In this document: piece after piece, positions 49,715 to 59,751 of the stretch | Position numbering within the stretch: the stretch's first letter is position 1 | Layout: every line of letters starts with the position of its first letter | Assembly (NCBI GenBank): GCA_048886685.1 | Contig: JBHLKM010000001.1 | Span: 32,001 to 96,000, forward strand | Direction of reading: 5' to 3' | DNA: 64,000 nucleotides | From: Candidatus Hodarchaeota archaeon | GTDB lineage: Archaea; Asgardarchaeota; Lokiarchaeia; Sigyniarchaeales; SOKP01 | Notes under the pieces: model-generated | What the model was told of the DNA's origin: nothing | What the model saw: the letters and a program-made list of their open reading frames with translations, nothing else | The model's database searches: none | Program-made: the position numbers and the translations under genes

Positions 49715-51061
49715 TCATTCTTTTTGCTTAAAATTCTCTTTAGGACCATTACAATTAGGGCATTTAAAATCATCAGGAAGATCTTTAAAGAGGATATCCA
49801 TCACAGCTTCATCATACTCTTTACCACAATTATTACATATATAAATATATAACTCTAACAATTTCCTGAGCTCATTTTTATCCACGTCTTGCTCCATTTT
49901 ATTGTAAACGTAGGATATTGCCTTAGTATCTCCAAATAATATAGCTCCTTTAAGTCTACTTTCCTTTAACACCAATTTTTGAAAACAGCAATTTTTTTTA
50001 TCTGCCTTTCTTAATATCTCCCACCCTCCGGGAGCTTCTTCTTTTAAAGGGTCGATAATTCCTATCGAGGTTAATTCTATGCCCATAATTTTAAGTGTAT
50101 TCTTTGGGGTCGTGCCTTTGTATTCTACCTTCTTCAATCCAAGGGTAGATGCTGCTACGATCTTCGATTGTTCCATACATGCTGGAATAATGCCCCAAAT
50201 CTGATTGTTATATTCTATACAGTCTCCTACAGCAAAAATATCTTTTTCACTTGTTTCAAGAAATTCATTTACAATTATACCCTTGTTTGTCGTTAAATTA
50301 GCATCTTTGGCTAATTCAATTGTTGGTCTAATCCCTGCTTGAATTAATACGATATCTGCTTCTATCTCTTCTCCTCCTTTTAATCTAATACCTGTCACTA
50401 ATCCATTTCCTAGTATTTCTTCTGTAGTTGCATCTAAAACAACCTTAATTCCTCTTTTTTCGATTTCTTCTTTTAACATACCTCCACATTCCTCATCTAA
50501 CTGTCTTGGTAATAACTGTGGAAAAAATTCGACCACTGTTGTATCCAAACCGCTATTTTTAATTTGGTTTGCTAATTCTAGACCAAGTAATCCACCGCCA
50601 ATAACGATTGCTTTCTTAGTGTTTTCTTTTCTGATATAATATTTTATCTCTAAACCATCATCAATACTTCGTAATGTGAATAATCCTTTCTTTTCATCCT
50701 TATATTTGGTAGCATTTTTAATAGGTGGAATATTGGGAGTACTTCCTAATGCTAATACAAGTTTATCATAGGAAATTGGATCTTTGCCTTCTATTTCTAT
50801 TGTTTTATTTTTTGGGTTAATTCTTTTTACTTTTGTATTGAGAGTTAGTTTGATTTGCTTGGTTTTATACCAATCTTCCTTAAATACAATTAAGTCATCT
50901 ATGGTTACTTTTTCTGAGATTAATTCAGGCAAATTAACTCTTGTATAATAAGGATATTTTTCTTGTGTAAGTATCTCGATTTCTGCCTCTTCATTTAGAA
51001 ATCTTATATTTTGAGCAGTAAAAGTACCAGAAACATTATTTCCAATTATAACAATCTTCAT
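49715..51061 (-). CDS. NAD(P)H:rubredoxin oxidoreductase-like flavoprotein with a C-terminal rubredoxin domain
   Basis: LALGS, GGGLLGLE and FAVGDC; C-terminal CNNCG...LPDDFKCPNC. Confidence 0.9.
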   Translation of the reverse strand: MKIVIIGNNVSGTFTAQNIRFLNEEAEIEILTQEKYPYYTRVNLPELISEKVTIDDLIVFKEDWYKTKQIKLTLNTKVKRINPKNKTIEIEGKDPISYDKLVLALGSTPNIPPIKNATKYKDEKKGLFTLRSIDDGLEIKYYIRKENTKKAIVIGGGLLGLELANQIKNSGLDTTVVEFFPQLLPRQLDEECGGMLKEEIEKRGIKVVLDATTEEILGNGLVTGIRLKGGEEIEADIVLIQAGIRPTIELAKDANLTTNKGIIVNEFLETSEKDIFAVGDCIEYNNQIWGIIPACMEQSKIVAASTLGLKKVEYKGTTPKNTLKIMGIELTSIGIIDPLKEEAPGGWEILRKADKKNCCFQKLVLKESRLKGAILFGDTKAISYVYNKMEQDVDKNELRKLLELYIYICNNCGKEYDEAVMDILFKDLPDDFKCPNCNGPKENFKQKE

Positions 51062-51186
51062 AGAGTTATTAGTTTAATCATCTTATTTTAAGGTTTTTAT
51101 TATGGTTTCTAAATAGTTGATTGATTCACAGCTAAATGAACATGTTCGAAATTAAAATTATAAAGACTATTCTATTTGATTTAACT

Positions 51187-51972
51187 ATGACTGAAGTAGA
51201 ACAACTAAAAAAAGTTAATAGAAAAATTATTAAAATAGACGAAGATTTGTGCACTGGATGTGGTAATTGTGTCGTTGCGTGTGCAGAAGCCGCATTAGAA
51301 GTGATAGATGGAAAAGCAAAGGTAGTTAATGACATTTTTTGCGATGGTTTAGGAGCTTGTATAGGAGAGTGTCCTGAAGGCGCACTTGAAATAATTGAAA
51401 GAGAAGCTTTAGAATTTGATGAAGAAGCAGTTGAAAAGCGGTTAGAAACTTTGAACCAAAAAGAATCCATAGAAACAGAACAAGTAAGACAAATTGTTGC
51501 TGAGCATGCTTCACAATGTGGTTGCCCTTCAGCCCAAACAATGGTGTTTAATGAACCTGAGGTTCAAACAGAAGTAGCAGGAAAGATTCCTTCGGCCCTA
51601 AGACAATGGCCTGTCCAAATGCATTTGATCAATCCAAGAGCTCCATATTATCAAGGTGCAGATGTATTACTTTCAGCTGATTGCGTTGGTTTTTCCTATG
51701 GTGATTTTCATAGAGATTTCTTAAAGCAAAAATCGATTGCGATTGCGTGTCCTAAACTTGATCAAGGAAAAGAAATTTACATTGAAAAGATTAAAACTTT
51801 GATTGATGATGCTAAAATAAACACTCTAACAGTTGCTATTATGGAGGTTCCTTGTTGCTCAGGACTATTAGCTTTAGCTCAAGAAGGTGCTAAACGAGCA
51901 AACCGTAAAGTGCCTATAAAGTATGTAGTTGTTGGAATACAAGGAAATATCTTAAAAGAAGAATGGGTATAA
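51187..51972 (+). CDS. 4Fe-4S ferredoxin-domain protein (start likely ATG 51187; track start 51136)
   Basis: CTGCGNCVVAC and CDGLGACIGECP; C-terminal WPVQ, ADC, CPKLD and MEVPCC. Confidence 0.85.
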   Translation: MTEVEQLKKVNRKIIKIDEDLCTGCGNCVVACAEAALEVIDGKAKVVNDIFCDGLGACIGECPEGALEIIEREALEFDEEAVEKRLETLNQKESIETEQVRQIVAEHASQCGCPSAQTMVFNEPEVQTEVAGKIPSALRQWPVQMHLINPRAPYYQGADVLLSADCVGFSYGDFHRDFLKQKSIAIACPKLDQGKEIYIEKIKTLIDDAKINTLTVAIMEVPCCSGLLALAQEGAKRANRKVPIKYVVVGIQGNILKEEWV

Positions 51973-51999
51973 TTTTTTTTATTATTTTTATTTCTTTTA

Positions 52000-52659
52000 T
52001 TATTTTTCGAGTAAAACTTTTTTCTTAATGATTTTTCTCAACATTACTGATAATGCTGATTTAGATTTTCCCATTTGATTAGCCAGTTCTTCTAATGAAA
52101 TTTTTCGTGGGATTTCAAAAAAACCTAAAGAAATTGCTTTATCAAGTATATTCAACTCATCCAATGTTAATTTATTTTTATCATCTTCTAAATTATAAGG
52201 TGATTTTCCAATTCTCAATAGTTCAAAATTAATATTCTTTTGTTCAAAGAGAGTTAATAATTGATCAATCCGTTCTCTACTTGATACTAATCTCCAAAAA
52301 GCAAATCCATCCTCGACTCTTACAGGGAAGTCAATAAGGACGCCACACTTTATTATTGCATATAATAAGTAAGGATCTTTTGTCTTTACATTAAATTTAA
52401 CTCTTTTTTCTTCCTGTTCCAAAATACCTAGCTCTATAACAGAAGGATGCTTTCTAATGTCTTCGATAATTGAATCAATTTTGTAATGCATTATCTCAAT
52501 TGCAGAATTTCCGATAGATTTCTCAAGATCATAAGGAAGGAAATGTGAAATTTCCATTTTAACATCAGGGAAATTTTTAAAGATTTCAGAGATCCATAGC
52601 TGTTCTGGAAACTTAATCTTTATTCTTGCTAAACTAGGTTTGCTTGAATCCATCTTCAA
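52000..52659 (-). CDS. HTH_10 (bacterio-opsin activator-like) transcriptional regulator
   Basis: C-terminal LT..E..IL..A...GFFEIPRKISLEELA..MGKSKS. Confidence 0.88.
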   Translation of the reverse strand: MKMDSSKPSLARIKIKFPEQLWISEIFKNFPDVKMEISHFLPYDLEKSIGNSAIEIMHYKIDSIIEDIRKHPSVIELGILEQEEKRVKFNVKTKDPYLLYAIIKCGVLIDFPVRVEDGFAFWRLVSSRERIDQLLTLFEQKNINFELLRIGKSPYNLEDDKNKLTLDELNILDKAISLGFFEIPRKISLEELANQMGKSKSALSVMLRKIIKKKVLLEK

Positions 52660-52741
52660 ATAGTAATGTTTTAGATCTTAAAACTATTTTTTTTATACAT
52701 TAATGATTAATTATTAATAAACTCGAGTAAGTTACTTTATC

Positions 52742-53341
52742 ATGGTCGAAAATAAGAATCTTCTTTTGGGGATATGCGGAAGTCCAAGAAAACAAGGGAC
52801 AGAGTACGCCATTCACTACGCCTTAAATTATGCCGCTGAGAAATTTGGATTTGAAACAGAATATTGGACAGTTAGAAATAAAGAAATTAAATTCTGTCTT
52901 CATTGTGATTATTGTATTCGAGAGAAGAATGGATGTGTAAATAAGGATGATATGGAAGACCTATATCCTAAATTGGAAGAAGCAAGATTTTTTCTTTTTG
53001 GGACTCCAGTATTTCAAGGAAACCTCTCAGGACAACTAAAAACGGTCATGGATCGAAACCGTGCCCTAGTTGCAATGAATCCTAACATATTTAAAGATAA
53101 AATTGGTGCTGCTTTAGCAGTAGGTGGTGATAGATCTGGAGGTCAGGAAGTTGCTATTCGGAGTATTCTAGATTTTTTTCAACAGAATCATATACATTCT
53201 GTTTCAGGGGGTGCTTTTGGAGCAAATTTAGGAGCAAGTTTATGGTCTAAAGATTTGGGTAAGGAAGGTGTCGAAAGTGATAAAGAAGGATTAAGATCAA
53301 TAAGAAAAGTTGTAAAGAGATTAGCTGAACTAAAAAAATAG
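52742..53341 (+). CDS. Iron-sulfur flavoprotein (ISF, flavodoxin-like)
   Basis: GSPRK, CLHCDYC..C, GTPVF and GGQE motifs. Confidence 0.9.
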   Translation: MVENKNLLLGICGSPRKQGTEYAIHYALNYAAEKFGFETEYWTVRNKEIKFCLHCDYCIREKNGCVNKDDMEDLYPKLEEARFFLFGTPVFQGNLSGQLKTVMDRNRALVAMNPNIFKDKIGAALAVGGDRSGGQEVAIRSILDFFQQNHIHSVSGGAFGANLGASLWSKDLGKEGVESDKEGLRSIRKVVKRLAELKK

Positions 53342-53369
53342 CATTAAAAAATTAAAAATAAAAAAAAAT

Positions 53370-53666
53370 TTACTTAACACCAAACAATTTCTTTGCTTGC
53401 TTTATTCTGAGGCCACTTATGCCCCATAATTCTTTAAACCAGTATTTTCCCTTATGTAAAACAGCAGGAGTATTCACAATACATCCATCTGCATCACAGA
53501 AGGTTGCCAAAAAATTTTTGTCATGTAATAATTCATGAACAAACTCCTCATCATCAATGTCTCTTTCAATAAATTTAACATCATTTTTTTCTAGCCAAGC
53601 TTTGAGTTCATGACATCTATGGCAATCTTCTTTTGTGATAATAATGGGAATATTTGCTTTAGCCAT
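53370..53666 (-). CDS. Glutaredoxin-like protein with an extra Cys pair
   Basis: CHRC active site and cis-Pro TP, preceded by FCDADGC. Confidence 0.75.
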   Translation of the reverse strand: MAKANIPIIITKEDCHRCHELKAWLEKNDVKFIERDIDDEEFVHELLHDKNFLATFCDADGCIVNTPAVLHKGKYWFKELWGISGLRIKQAKKLFGVK

Positions 53667-53829
53667 AATTAAAAGATAAAAAAGAGGTATATAAAATTTT
53701 TATCTATGAGTTGTAATAAGAAATGCAAGAAAGACAAAGCATTTCAACAGAATGTGCTAAAAAACTAATAATTAATTAACATTAGATTATTATTAATTCG
53801 GATTCTTTTTATGATTAAGGTTTAAAATA

Positions 53830-54141
53830 ATGTCGATAGAAAATTTAATTGAAAAACTTGCTAAGGAAGTCGATGGGGGAGAAGGTGCCAAGGATAATAT
53901 CCTAATTTTCACTTTATCAACTTGTATGTGGTGTAAAAAGTGCAAAGCTTTCTTAAATGATCGCAATATGACATATAGATATATTGATGTTGATAAAATT
54001 AACCAACAAGATAAAGTAAAAATTCTTGATTATTTAAAAAGCAGGTATCAAGAGAGAATATCTTATCCTTTCCTTATATGTGAAAAGGGTCACGTAGTTG
54101 GATACAATCCAAATAAATATGTGGAGTTATTAGAGAATTGA
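53830..54141 (+). CDS. Glutaredoxin/NrdH-like protein
   Basis: LSTCMWCKK, SYP and VVGY motifs; co-oriented with FTR. Confidence 0.88.
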   Translation: MSIENLIEKLAKEVDGGEGAKDNILIFTLSTCMWCKKCKAFLNDRNMTYRYIDVDKINQQDKVKILDYLKSRYQERISYPFLICEKGHVVGYNPNKYVELLEN

Positions 54142-54151
54142 GGGGATTATT

Positions 54152-54520
54152 ATGGATATGGAAACGGAAGAAGGAATGAAAAAATATGTAAATCAAGTTG
54201 CTGATAAAAATGTATGGATTTTAAATAAAGATCAGCAAACCTTTAATGATTTAATAGATGGATTAGTTGATAACAAGAAATCTTATGGATATCAATCATG
54301 TCCATGTCGGCTTGCAAGTGGTAAGAGAGATTTGGATAGAGATCTTATATGCCCATGTGATTATGCCCCTCTTGATATAAAAGAATATGGCGCATGCTAT
54401 TGTAATCTATATTTAAGCTCTGATTTTTATGAAAAAAATGTTGATTTTATTGCCGTTCCAGAGAGGCGACCTGTTGAAAAAGAAAATGCAGTTATGGAAT
54501 ATATTAACAGCCCTAAGTGA
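54152..54520 (+). CDS. Ferredoxin-thioredoxin reductase catalytic subunit-like protein
   Basis: CPCR...CPC...CYC motifs. Confidence 0.92.
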   Translation: MDMETEEGMKKYVNQVADKNVWILNKDQQTFNDLIDGLVDNKKSYGYQSCPCRLASGKRDLDRDLICPCDYAPLDIKEYGACYCNLYLSSDFYEKNVDFIAVPERRPVEKENAVMEYINSPK

Positions 54521-54623
54521 TTTTATTCATATATATTAATTCTCTCTTTCTTAAAACATGAATTCAGAATATCAATATTTCATAATCTAAATTTTTAAAT
54601 ATAGCACTTTCTCTTTGTAAAAT

Positions 54624-54782
54624 ATGGCAGATAAAGAAATAACTGATGAAGAATTAGAGAATGAACTTGATAAAGCTTTCAAAGAAAGTGAAAGATTAAG
54701 AGATCACTGTGGAACCCCAATACCGAGTAATAAAGAGGTTGGTGTTCAAAGAACAGATGTCAAACTAAAAGAAGATAAATAA
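54624..54782 (+). CDS. 52-aa hypothetical protein (missed by the track)
   Basis: MADKEITDEELENELDKAFKESERLRDHCGTPIPSNKEVGVQRTDVKLKEDK; TATA-like TTTAAATA upstream and a T-rich tract downstream. Confidence 0.6.
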   Translation: MADKEITDEELENELDKAFKESERLRDHCGTPIPSNKEVGVQRTDVKLKEDK

Positions 54783-54899
54783 ATCTAAATAATTCTTTTT
54801 TATTCTTGTTTTCTTAATCTCTTGATTTTTATTAAGTTCAATTTAAACTAAAAAACTAATTAAAATTATAACTAAACTTATATTATAAATTTAGGAGGT

Positions 54900-55886
54900 A
54901 TGATGAAAGAGCGAATAAAGGGCAGGAAAAATTATCCTACAGATGAAGTAGATCCCGAAAATTTTCTTGATGATAATGTAATTAGAGACCTTATGAAGAA
55001 AAGAGAGAAAATTAAATTTTCACAAAACCAATTTGATAAACTCTTTAATTGTGTCCATTGTGGTGAATGTGAATCTGAGGCAGAAAGGTTCCAATTAAAA
55101 CAAAAATTTATTGAGGATGGTAATACTTTTGATGAAATCAATGAAATGCTCGAATACTTTCATAAGTATAGATCACCATATCCAACAAATAAAATGCGAA
55201 TAAAGCGGCCAAAAGGAATCCCTCGCGAATCAGATAGTCTTTTCTTTATGGGATGCCTTTCTACGATACGGATTCCAAAATATACAGAGCATGCACTCCA
55301 ATTTCTATTGAATCAAAATATTGATTTCACAATTTTAGATACTGAAATCTGTTGCGGATGGCATCTGCTAGCAAGTGGTTTGAAATCAGAATTTGAAATT
55401 TGTATTAGTGAAAACGCAGAGATTTTCAAAAAGTTTAGAAAAGTAATTTGTTTGTGTCCAGCATGCTATTATCTTTTCAGCAATTATCTTAAACCTAATT
55501 TGGCATATGATATCGAATTTATTTATATCTCAGAATATATTAAGCCATCAAAATCAAAAAAAGCAGGAAGGGTTGGGATTCAGCATTTATGTCAGTTAAT
55601 GAATAGGGGAAAAGAAGGAGTGGATAAATTAGTTGACAATATACTTCAAAAGAGTGGATATGAAGTTATTGATGTTCCTCATTGGTGTTGTGGAGGTGGA
55701 ACTGGTTGGATGGGACGAACAGATGTAATTGAAAGTATTGCACGTAAAAGAATGTCAGATTTTGATAGAGAAGATATCGATTATGCTACAACATATTGCC
55801 CCTCGTGTTGGTGGATATTACGTAGGTTTAGTAAGTTATGCAAAATAAAGCCAAAAGCAAAAGATTTATTTGAACTATTATTATGA
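54900..55886 (+). CDS. CCG-domain (Fe-S)-binding protein, HdrB/D-like
   Basis: CVHCGEC, FMGC, CCG, CPAC, CCGGG and CPSC motifs. Confidence 0.85.
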   Translation: MMKERIKGRKNYPTDEVDPENFLDDNVIRDLMKKREKIKFSQNQFDKLFNCVHCGECESEAERFQLKQKFIEDGNTFDEINEMLEYFHKYRSPYPTNKMRIKRPKGIPRESDSLFFMGCLSTIRIPKYTEHALQFLLNQNIDFTILDTEICCGWHLLASGLKSEFEICISENAEIFKKFRKVICLCPACYYLFSNYLKPNLAYDIEFIYISEYIKPSKSKKAGRVGIQHLCQLMNRGKEGVDKLVDNILQKSGYEVIDVPHWCCGGGTGWMGRTDVIESIARKRMSDFDREDIDYATTYCPSCWWILRRFSKLCKIKPKAKDLFELLL

Positions 55887-55897
55887 ATAGGTTTATT

Positions 55898-57538
55898 TCA
55901 TATCAATTTTGGAATTAATATAATAAAATTACTACCTTGCTCATAATCATTTTTAATACGATTTTCAACCCAAATTTTCCCATTGTAGCTTTCGATAATT
56001 TTCTTCACAAGAGATAAGCCAATACCCATTCCTCTTACTTTTTTATCTTTTTTATAGCCTCTTTGAAAAATTAACACTTTATTTTCATCAAATATCCCAA
56101 TACCATTGTCCATAAATTCTAATTTAATGAACTCTATACTGTCAATCTCTTCGGTTGAAATATTAATTTGAATTTCTACAGGCTCTTTTCTATTATATTT
56201 AATTGCATTGTGTAAGATATTCTCAAATACATCTAAAAGAAATTCATTTGCCATTACAGTAATCTCTTCACCGGTTTTATTGAGTTTGATATCTATTTTC
56301 TTTCCCCGAGAGCTCTTTTCAGCAAAAGCCATTGCTTCATCCAAAGATTTATAAAGATTAACTTCTTTTAAAACAAATTCTGTTTCTTGAAGCTTAGAAA
56401 GTTTTCGTACATTATCAATTAATTTTACTCCCCGATTGATTTGATTGTCTATGATTTGAAATATTTCGTCAAGCTTGTCTAAATTTTCCGAGTTTTCTCT
56501 TAGAATTGAGATTAATTCTGCTGAAGATTGTATATTATGAAAGATATTATTCATATCATGTGTAAAAATATCTTTATAAAATTCAGCTCTTTCGTATGCA
56601 TCGCGATACATTTTCTCTGATTTACGTAATTCCTGTTCAGCGTGTTGATGTTCGGTTATATCTTTAAAGCTCCATACTCGGCCTACATTTGTCCCATCGT
56701 GGAACAATGGACAGGAATATTGTTCAAAAATTCTTCCATCCTTAAAAAAAATCATGTCATAAGCATCTTCTGATGTTTTCCTGAGATTATACATTTTTAA
56801 TAAAAATTTCGATGGTTCTTTTAGCTGATCAACGATGTATTCTAATAACTTCTTAAAATCCGATTGTTCAGCAATATCATCTGGTATTCTCCACATATAG
56901 ATGAATCTGGCATTTATATTGGTTATTACATCATCATCATTTATTGCTAATATCCCATCAGCTGTTGCTTCGAATGTGGCCCTTAATAATTCTTTACTTT
57001 CCCGTACTTCGTTTTCTGCGTTTAAACGTTCAATTGCATCTCCAAGAATTTGTGAAAAAATTCGTAAAATAGCAAAATCTTTACCTTTCCATTGAGTTTT
57101 CTCCAAAGTTTTACTAAAACATACATATCCCGCAATATTTCTTTTAACATAAATAGGAAAAGCTAAAAAGGATTTTATTTCCTGAAGTTGCATAAATTCT
57201 TTTAGAGAATTAACGTTGTCTGGTAAGGAGGAAACATCTCGTATATTGACAAAACTTTTTTTTTCTACTTGATCCTTCCACCAAGAGATTTTTTCAGCAT
57301 CAATTTTTTGTAATTTATTTAATTGGGATTTAATTCCATCAGAACACCATTCATGAGTATTTTCTATGATTTCTTTATCCCCATTAAACAGAAAGAGTGA
57401 TACTCGATTAGCTTGAGATAAAAGTCCTAAATCTTGAAAAGATGAATCAATAGCATCATCAAGATTTATAGTACCGACAAATCGAGAAGAAATTGATGAT
57501 ATGACCTTTTCAAAATTTAATCTGCTTTCTAACGACAC
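55898..57538 (-). CDS. GAF-PAS sensor histidine kinase
   Basis: GAF (THEWC), PAS, H-box HDMNN, N-box NAIKY, DNGIG and GMGIGL. Confidence 0.92.
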   Translation of the reverse strand: MSLESRLNFEKVISSISSRFVGTINLDDAIDSSFQDLGLLSQANRVSLFLFNGDKEIIENTHEWCSDGIKSQLNKLQKIDAEKISWWKDQVEKKSFVNIRDVSSLPDNVNSLKEFMQLQEIKSFLAFPIYVKRNIAGYVCFSKTLEKTQWKGKDFAILRIFSQILGDAIERLNAENEVRESKELLRATFEATADGILAINDDDVITNINARFIYMWRIPDDIAEQSDFKKLLEYIVDQLKEPSKFLLKMYNLRKTSEDAYDMIFFKDGRIFEQYSCPLFHDGTNVGRVWSFKDITEHQHAEQELRKSEKMYRDAYERAEFYKDIFTHDMNNIFHNIQSSAELISILRENSENLDKLDEIFQIIDNQINRGVKLIDNVRKLSKLQETEFVLKEVNLYKSLDEAMAFAEKSSRGKKIDIKLNKTGEEITVMANEFLLDVFENILHNAIKYNRKEPVEIQINISTEEIDSIEFIKLEFMDNGIGIFDENKVLIFQRGYKKDKKVRGMGIGLSLVKKIIESYNGKIWVENRIKNDYEQGSNFIILIPKLI

Positions 57539-57736
57539 GACTCAATCCACTAGTAATAATTAACCTAATGTTAAGCTAAAAGCGAGAAGCTTTAATATGC
57601 TTAAGATTTATCTGATAATTCTTATTCTGAAAATATGATAGACTAAATAAATTTAAATTTATGGAAAGGGTAAAGGTCTTATTAAAACATTTAATTTGGA
57701 GAAGTTTAATTTAATCTAATTAATTCTTATATTTGA

Positions 57737-58897
57737 TTGAAATTGGCTTTGGAATCAGTTAACAGTGAGAAATCAATTACAAAGGATATAAGAAAATTTA
57801 CTCTTAGGGAATTTGGGGGTGCTTTTGGGGATTGGGGAACATTAATTCCATTTATCATAGGTTATATTTCAATTGTGGGATTAAATCCAACGGGAATTTT
57901 TCTGACGTTAGGTATTACAAATATTATCTTAGGGATTAGATTTAATCTTCCCTTACCCGTCCAACCTCAGAAAACAATCGGGACTGTTGCGATATCAGAT
58001 AAATGGGAGCCTAATATGGTCATATCTACAGGATTTGGAACTGGTGTCATTTGGTTCCTTTTAGGGTTTACGAAAAAACTAAATAAAATAGTCCAAAGAG
58101 TCCCAATTGTAGCAGTACGTAGTATCCAACTCGGATTAGCTTTTATTTTGGGTTGGGCAGGAATTCTTTTATTCAAGGAAAATTTTTATTTAGGAATTAT
58201 ATCCATTATAATAATTCTATTGTTTATGAAGAATAAACCAATCCCTTCCGCAATACTCCTGACTTTGATTGGAGTTCTAGTTATGATATTTTCTAGAACA
58301 GTTTTATTATCAGATATTAAATTTGGTTTCCCAACTTTTAGTTTTGAATTTCCATTGTGGACCAACCTTTTATTGGGGATGATATATGCTGGAATTGCCC
58401 AGTTATTCTTGACACTCACAAATGTTATGATTGCTACAGTAGTATTAATAAAAGATTTATTTCCTGAGAGAGAAGAAGCTATTGATGCTAATATTTTAGC
58501 ATTTAACATGGGGACTATGAACCTAATTAATCCCTTTTTAGGAGGAATGCCTTTATGTCACGGATCTGGAGGATTGATGGCACAATATGCTTTTGGTGCA
58601 CGAACAGGAGGATCAATGATATTAGAGGGAATAATGGAATTATTTCTTGGATTATTTTTTTCAGAATCATTATTCTTGCTTTTTACAGAATTTCCGTCAG
58701 CAATTTTAGGAACTATGTTGATTTATACAGCATATCTATTAGGAAGAATAGCTTTTAAAGACTTTGATAAAAGAAAATTTCCTATTATATTCATTTCAGC
58801 AATTTTTTGTTTTTTTCTTAACATTACAATTGGATTTTTTATAGGTTTAATAATATATTTAATTTTTAAGAAAAAGATCGAAAAAGATGAAATTTAA
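57737..58897 (+). CDS. MOT1-like molybdate/sulfate transporter
   Basis: GAFGDWGT, PLPVQP and MPLCHGSGGL..QY.FGARTGG motifs. Confidence 0.88.
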   Translation: MKLALESVNSEKSITKDIRKFTLREFGGAFGDWGTLIPFIIGYISIVGLNPTGIFLTLGITNIILGIRFNLPLPVQPQKTIGTVAISDKWEPNMVISTGFGTGVIWFLLGFTKKLNKIVQRVPIVAVRSIQLGLAFILGWAGILLFKENFYLGIISIIIILLFMKNKPIPSAILLTLIGVLVMIFSRTVLLSDIKFGFPTFSFEFPLWTNLLLGMIYAGIAQLFLTLTNVMIATVVLIKDLFPEREEAIDANILAFNMGTMNLINPFLGGMPLCHGSGGLMAQYAFGARTGGSMILEGIMELFLGLFFSESLFLLFTEFPSAILGTMLIYTAYLLGRIAFKDFDKRKFPIIFISAIFCFFLNITIGFFIGLIIYLIFKKKIEKDEI

Positions 58898-59058
58898 TCC
58901 TAAATACAAAAAAAGCTGTATATTTTCATTTTTGAATTATTAATATATTTATGTTTGATTTTTATTTTAAATGAGAAATTATTAGATTCTTTTATAATTT
59001 AAACAGAAAATTATTTTAAGTTTTAAAATAATTTTCGATTTAGGAAGGTGATTTTTTA

Positions 59059-59751
59059 ATGTTCTCAGAAAATGAAATTAATAATATCAAAAGGGAGATG
59101 GCAAAGTTAAAAAATATGGTTACTTTGAAATTGTTTACCGATTTCAAGACTCAAGAAGATGGTAGCAAGCTTAGAAAGTGTATGGCTTGTGAAGGAGCAT
59201 ATGATTTATTGATGATCCTTGAAGAACACTCCAATGGGAAATTAAAGATAGAGGAAATATCAACTGAAGAAAACCCAGAAGAAGCTGAAAAATATAATGT
59301 GATAAAAATTCCCACGATTTTGTTTGTGGATGAAAATGATAAGGAAATAATTAGATATCTTGCGTTTCCCCAAGGATCTGAATTTGTACCCTTTCTAAAT
59401 AGTATCCAATATTTTTCAGGAGTAAGACCTTATTATGCAGATCAAATTATTACTCATCTTAAAAAAATAAAAGAGGCAAATATGAAAATTTTTATAACTC
59501 CAACCTGTCCATATTGTCCTGCGACCGTACCAGTTCTTACATTATTCTCAATAGTCACTAAAGGGAAAATTTCATCAGAAGTAATTGACGTTAATTTGAA
59601 TCCAGATATGGGTATGAAATACCAAGTTCAAGGTGTCCCAATGACAGTCATTAATGAAAAGGATGTTATTCATGGAATGTTTACACCTCAAGATTTGCTA
59701 GATAAACTAGTTGGCGTGAAAAATAGAGATTTTGGAGGTATGTATGCATAA
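59059..59751 (+). CDS. Protein disulfide oxidoreductase (two thioredoxin folds)
   Basis: CMAC and CPYC motifs; IPT and GVP cis-Pro motifs. Confidence 0.9.
   Translation: MFSENEINNIKREMAKLKNMVTLKLFTDFKTQEDGSKLRKCMACEGAYDLLMILEEHSNGKLKIEEISTEENPEEAEKYNVIKIPTILFVDENDKEIIRYLAFPQGSEFVPFLNSIQYFSGVRPYYADQIITHLKKIKEANMKIFITPTCPYCPATVPVLTLFSIVTKGKISSEVIDVNLNPDMGMKYQVQGVPMTVINEKDVIHGMFTPQDLLDKLVGVKNRDFGGMYA

Noticed and set aside
304-58758. Many 60-170 aa track ORFs antisense to or nested in longer genes (e.g. 18787-19305, 24970-25314, 43473-43835, 51132-51470, 58186-58509)
   Set aside because: Shadow frames of well-supported genes with no motifs of their own
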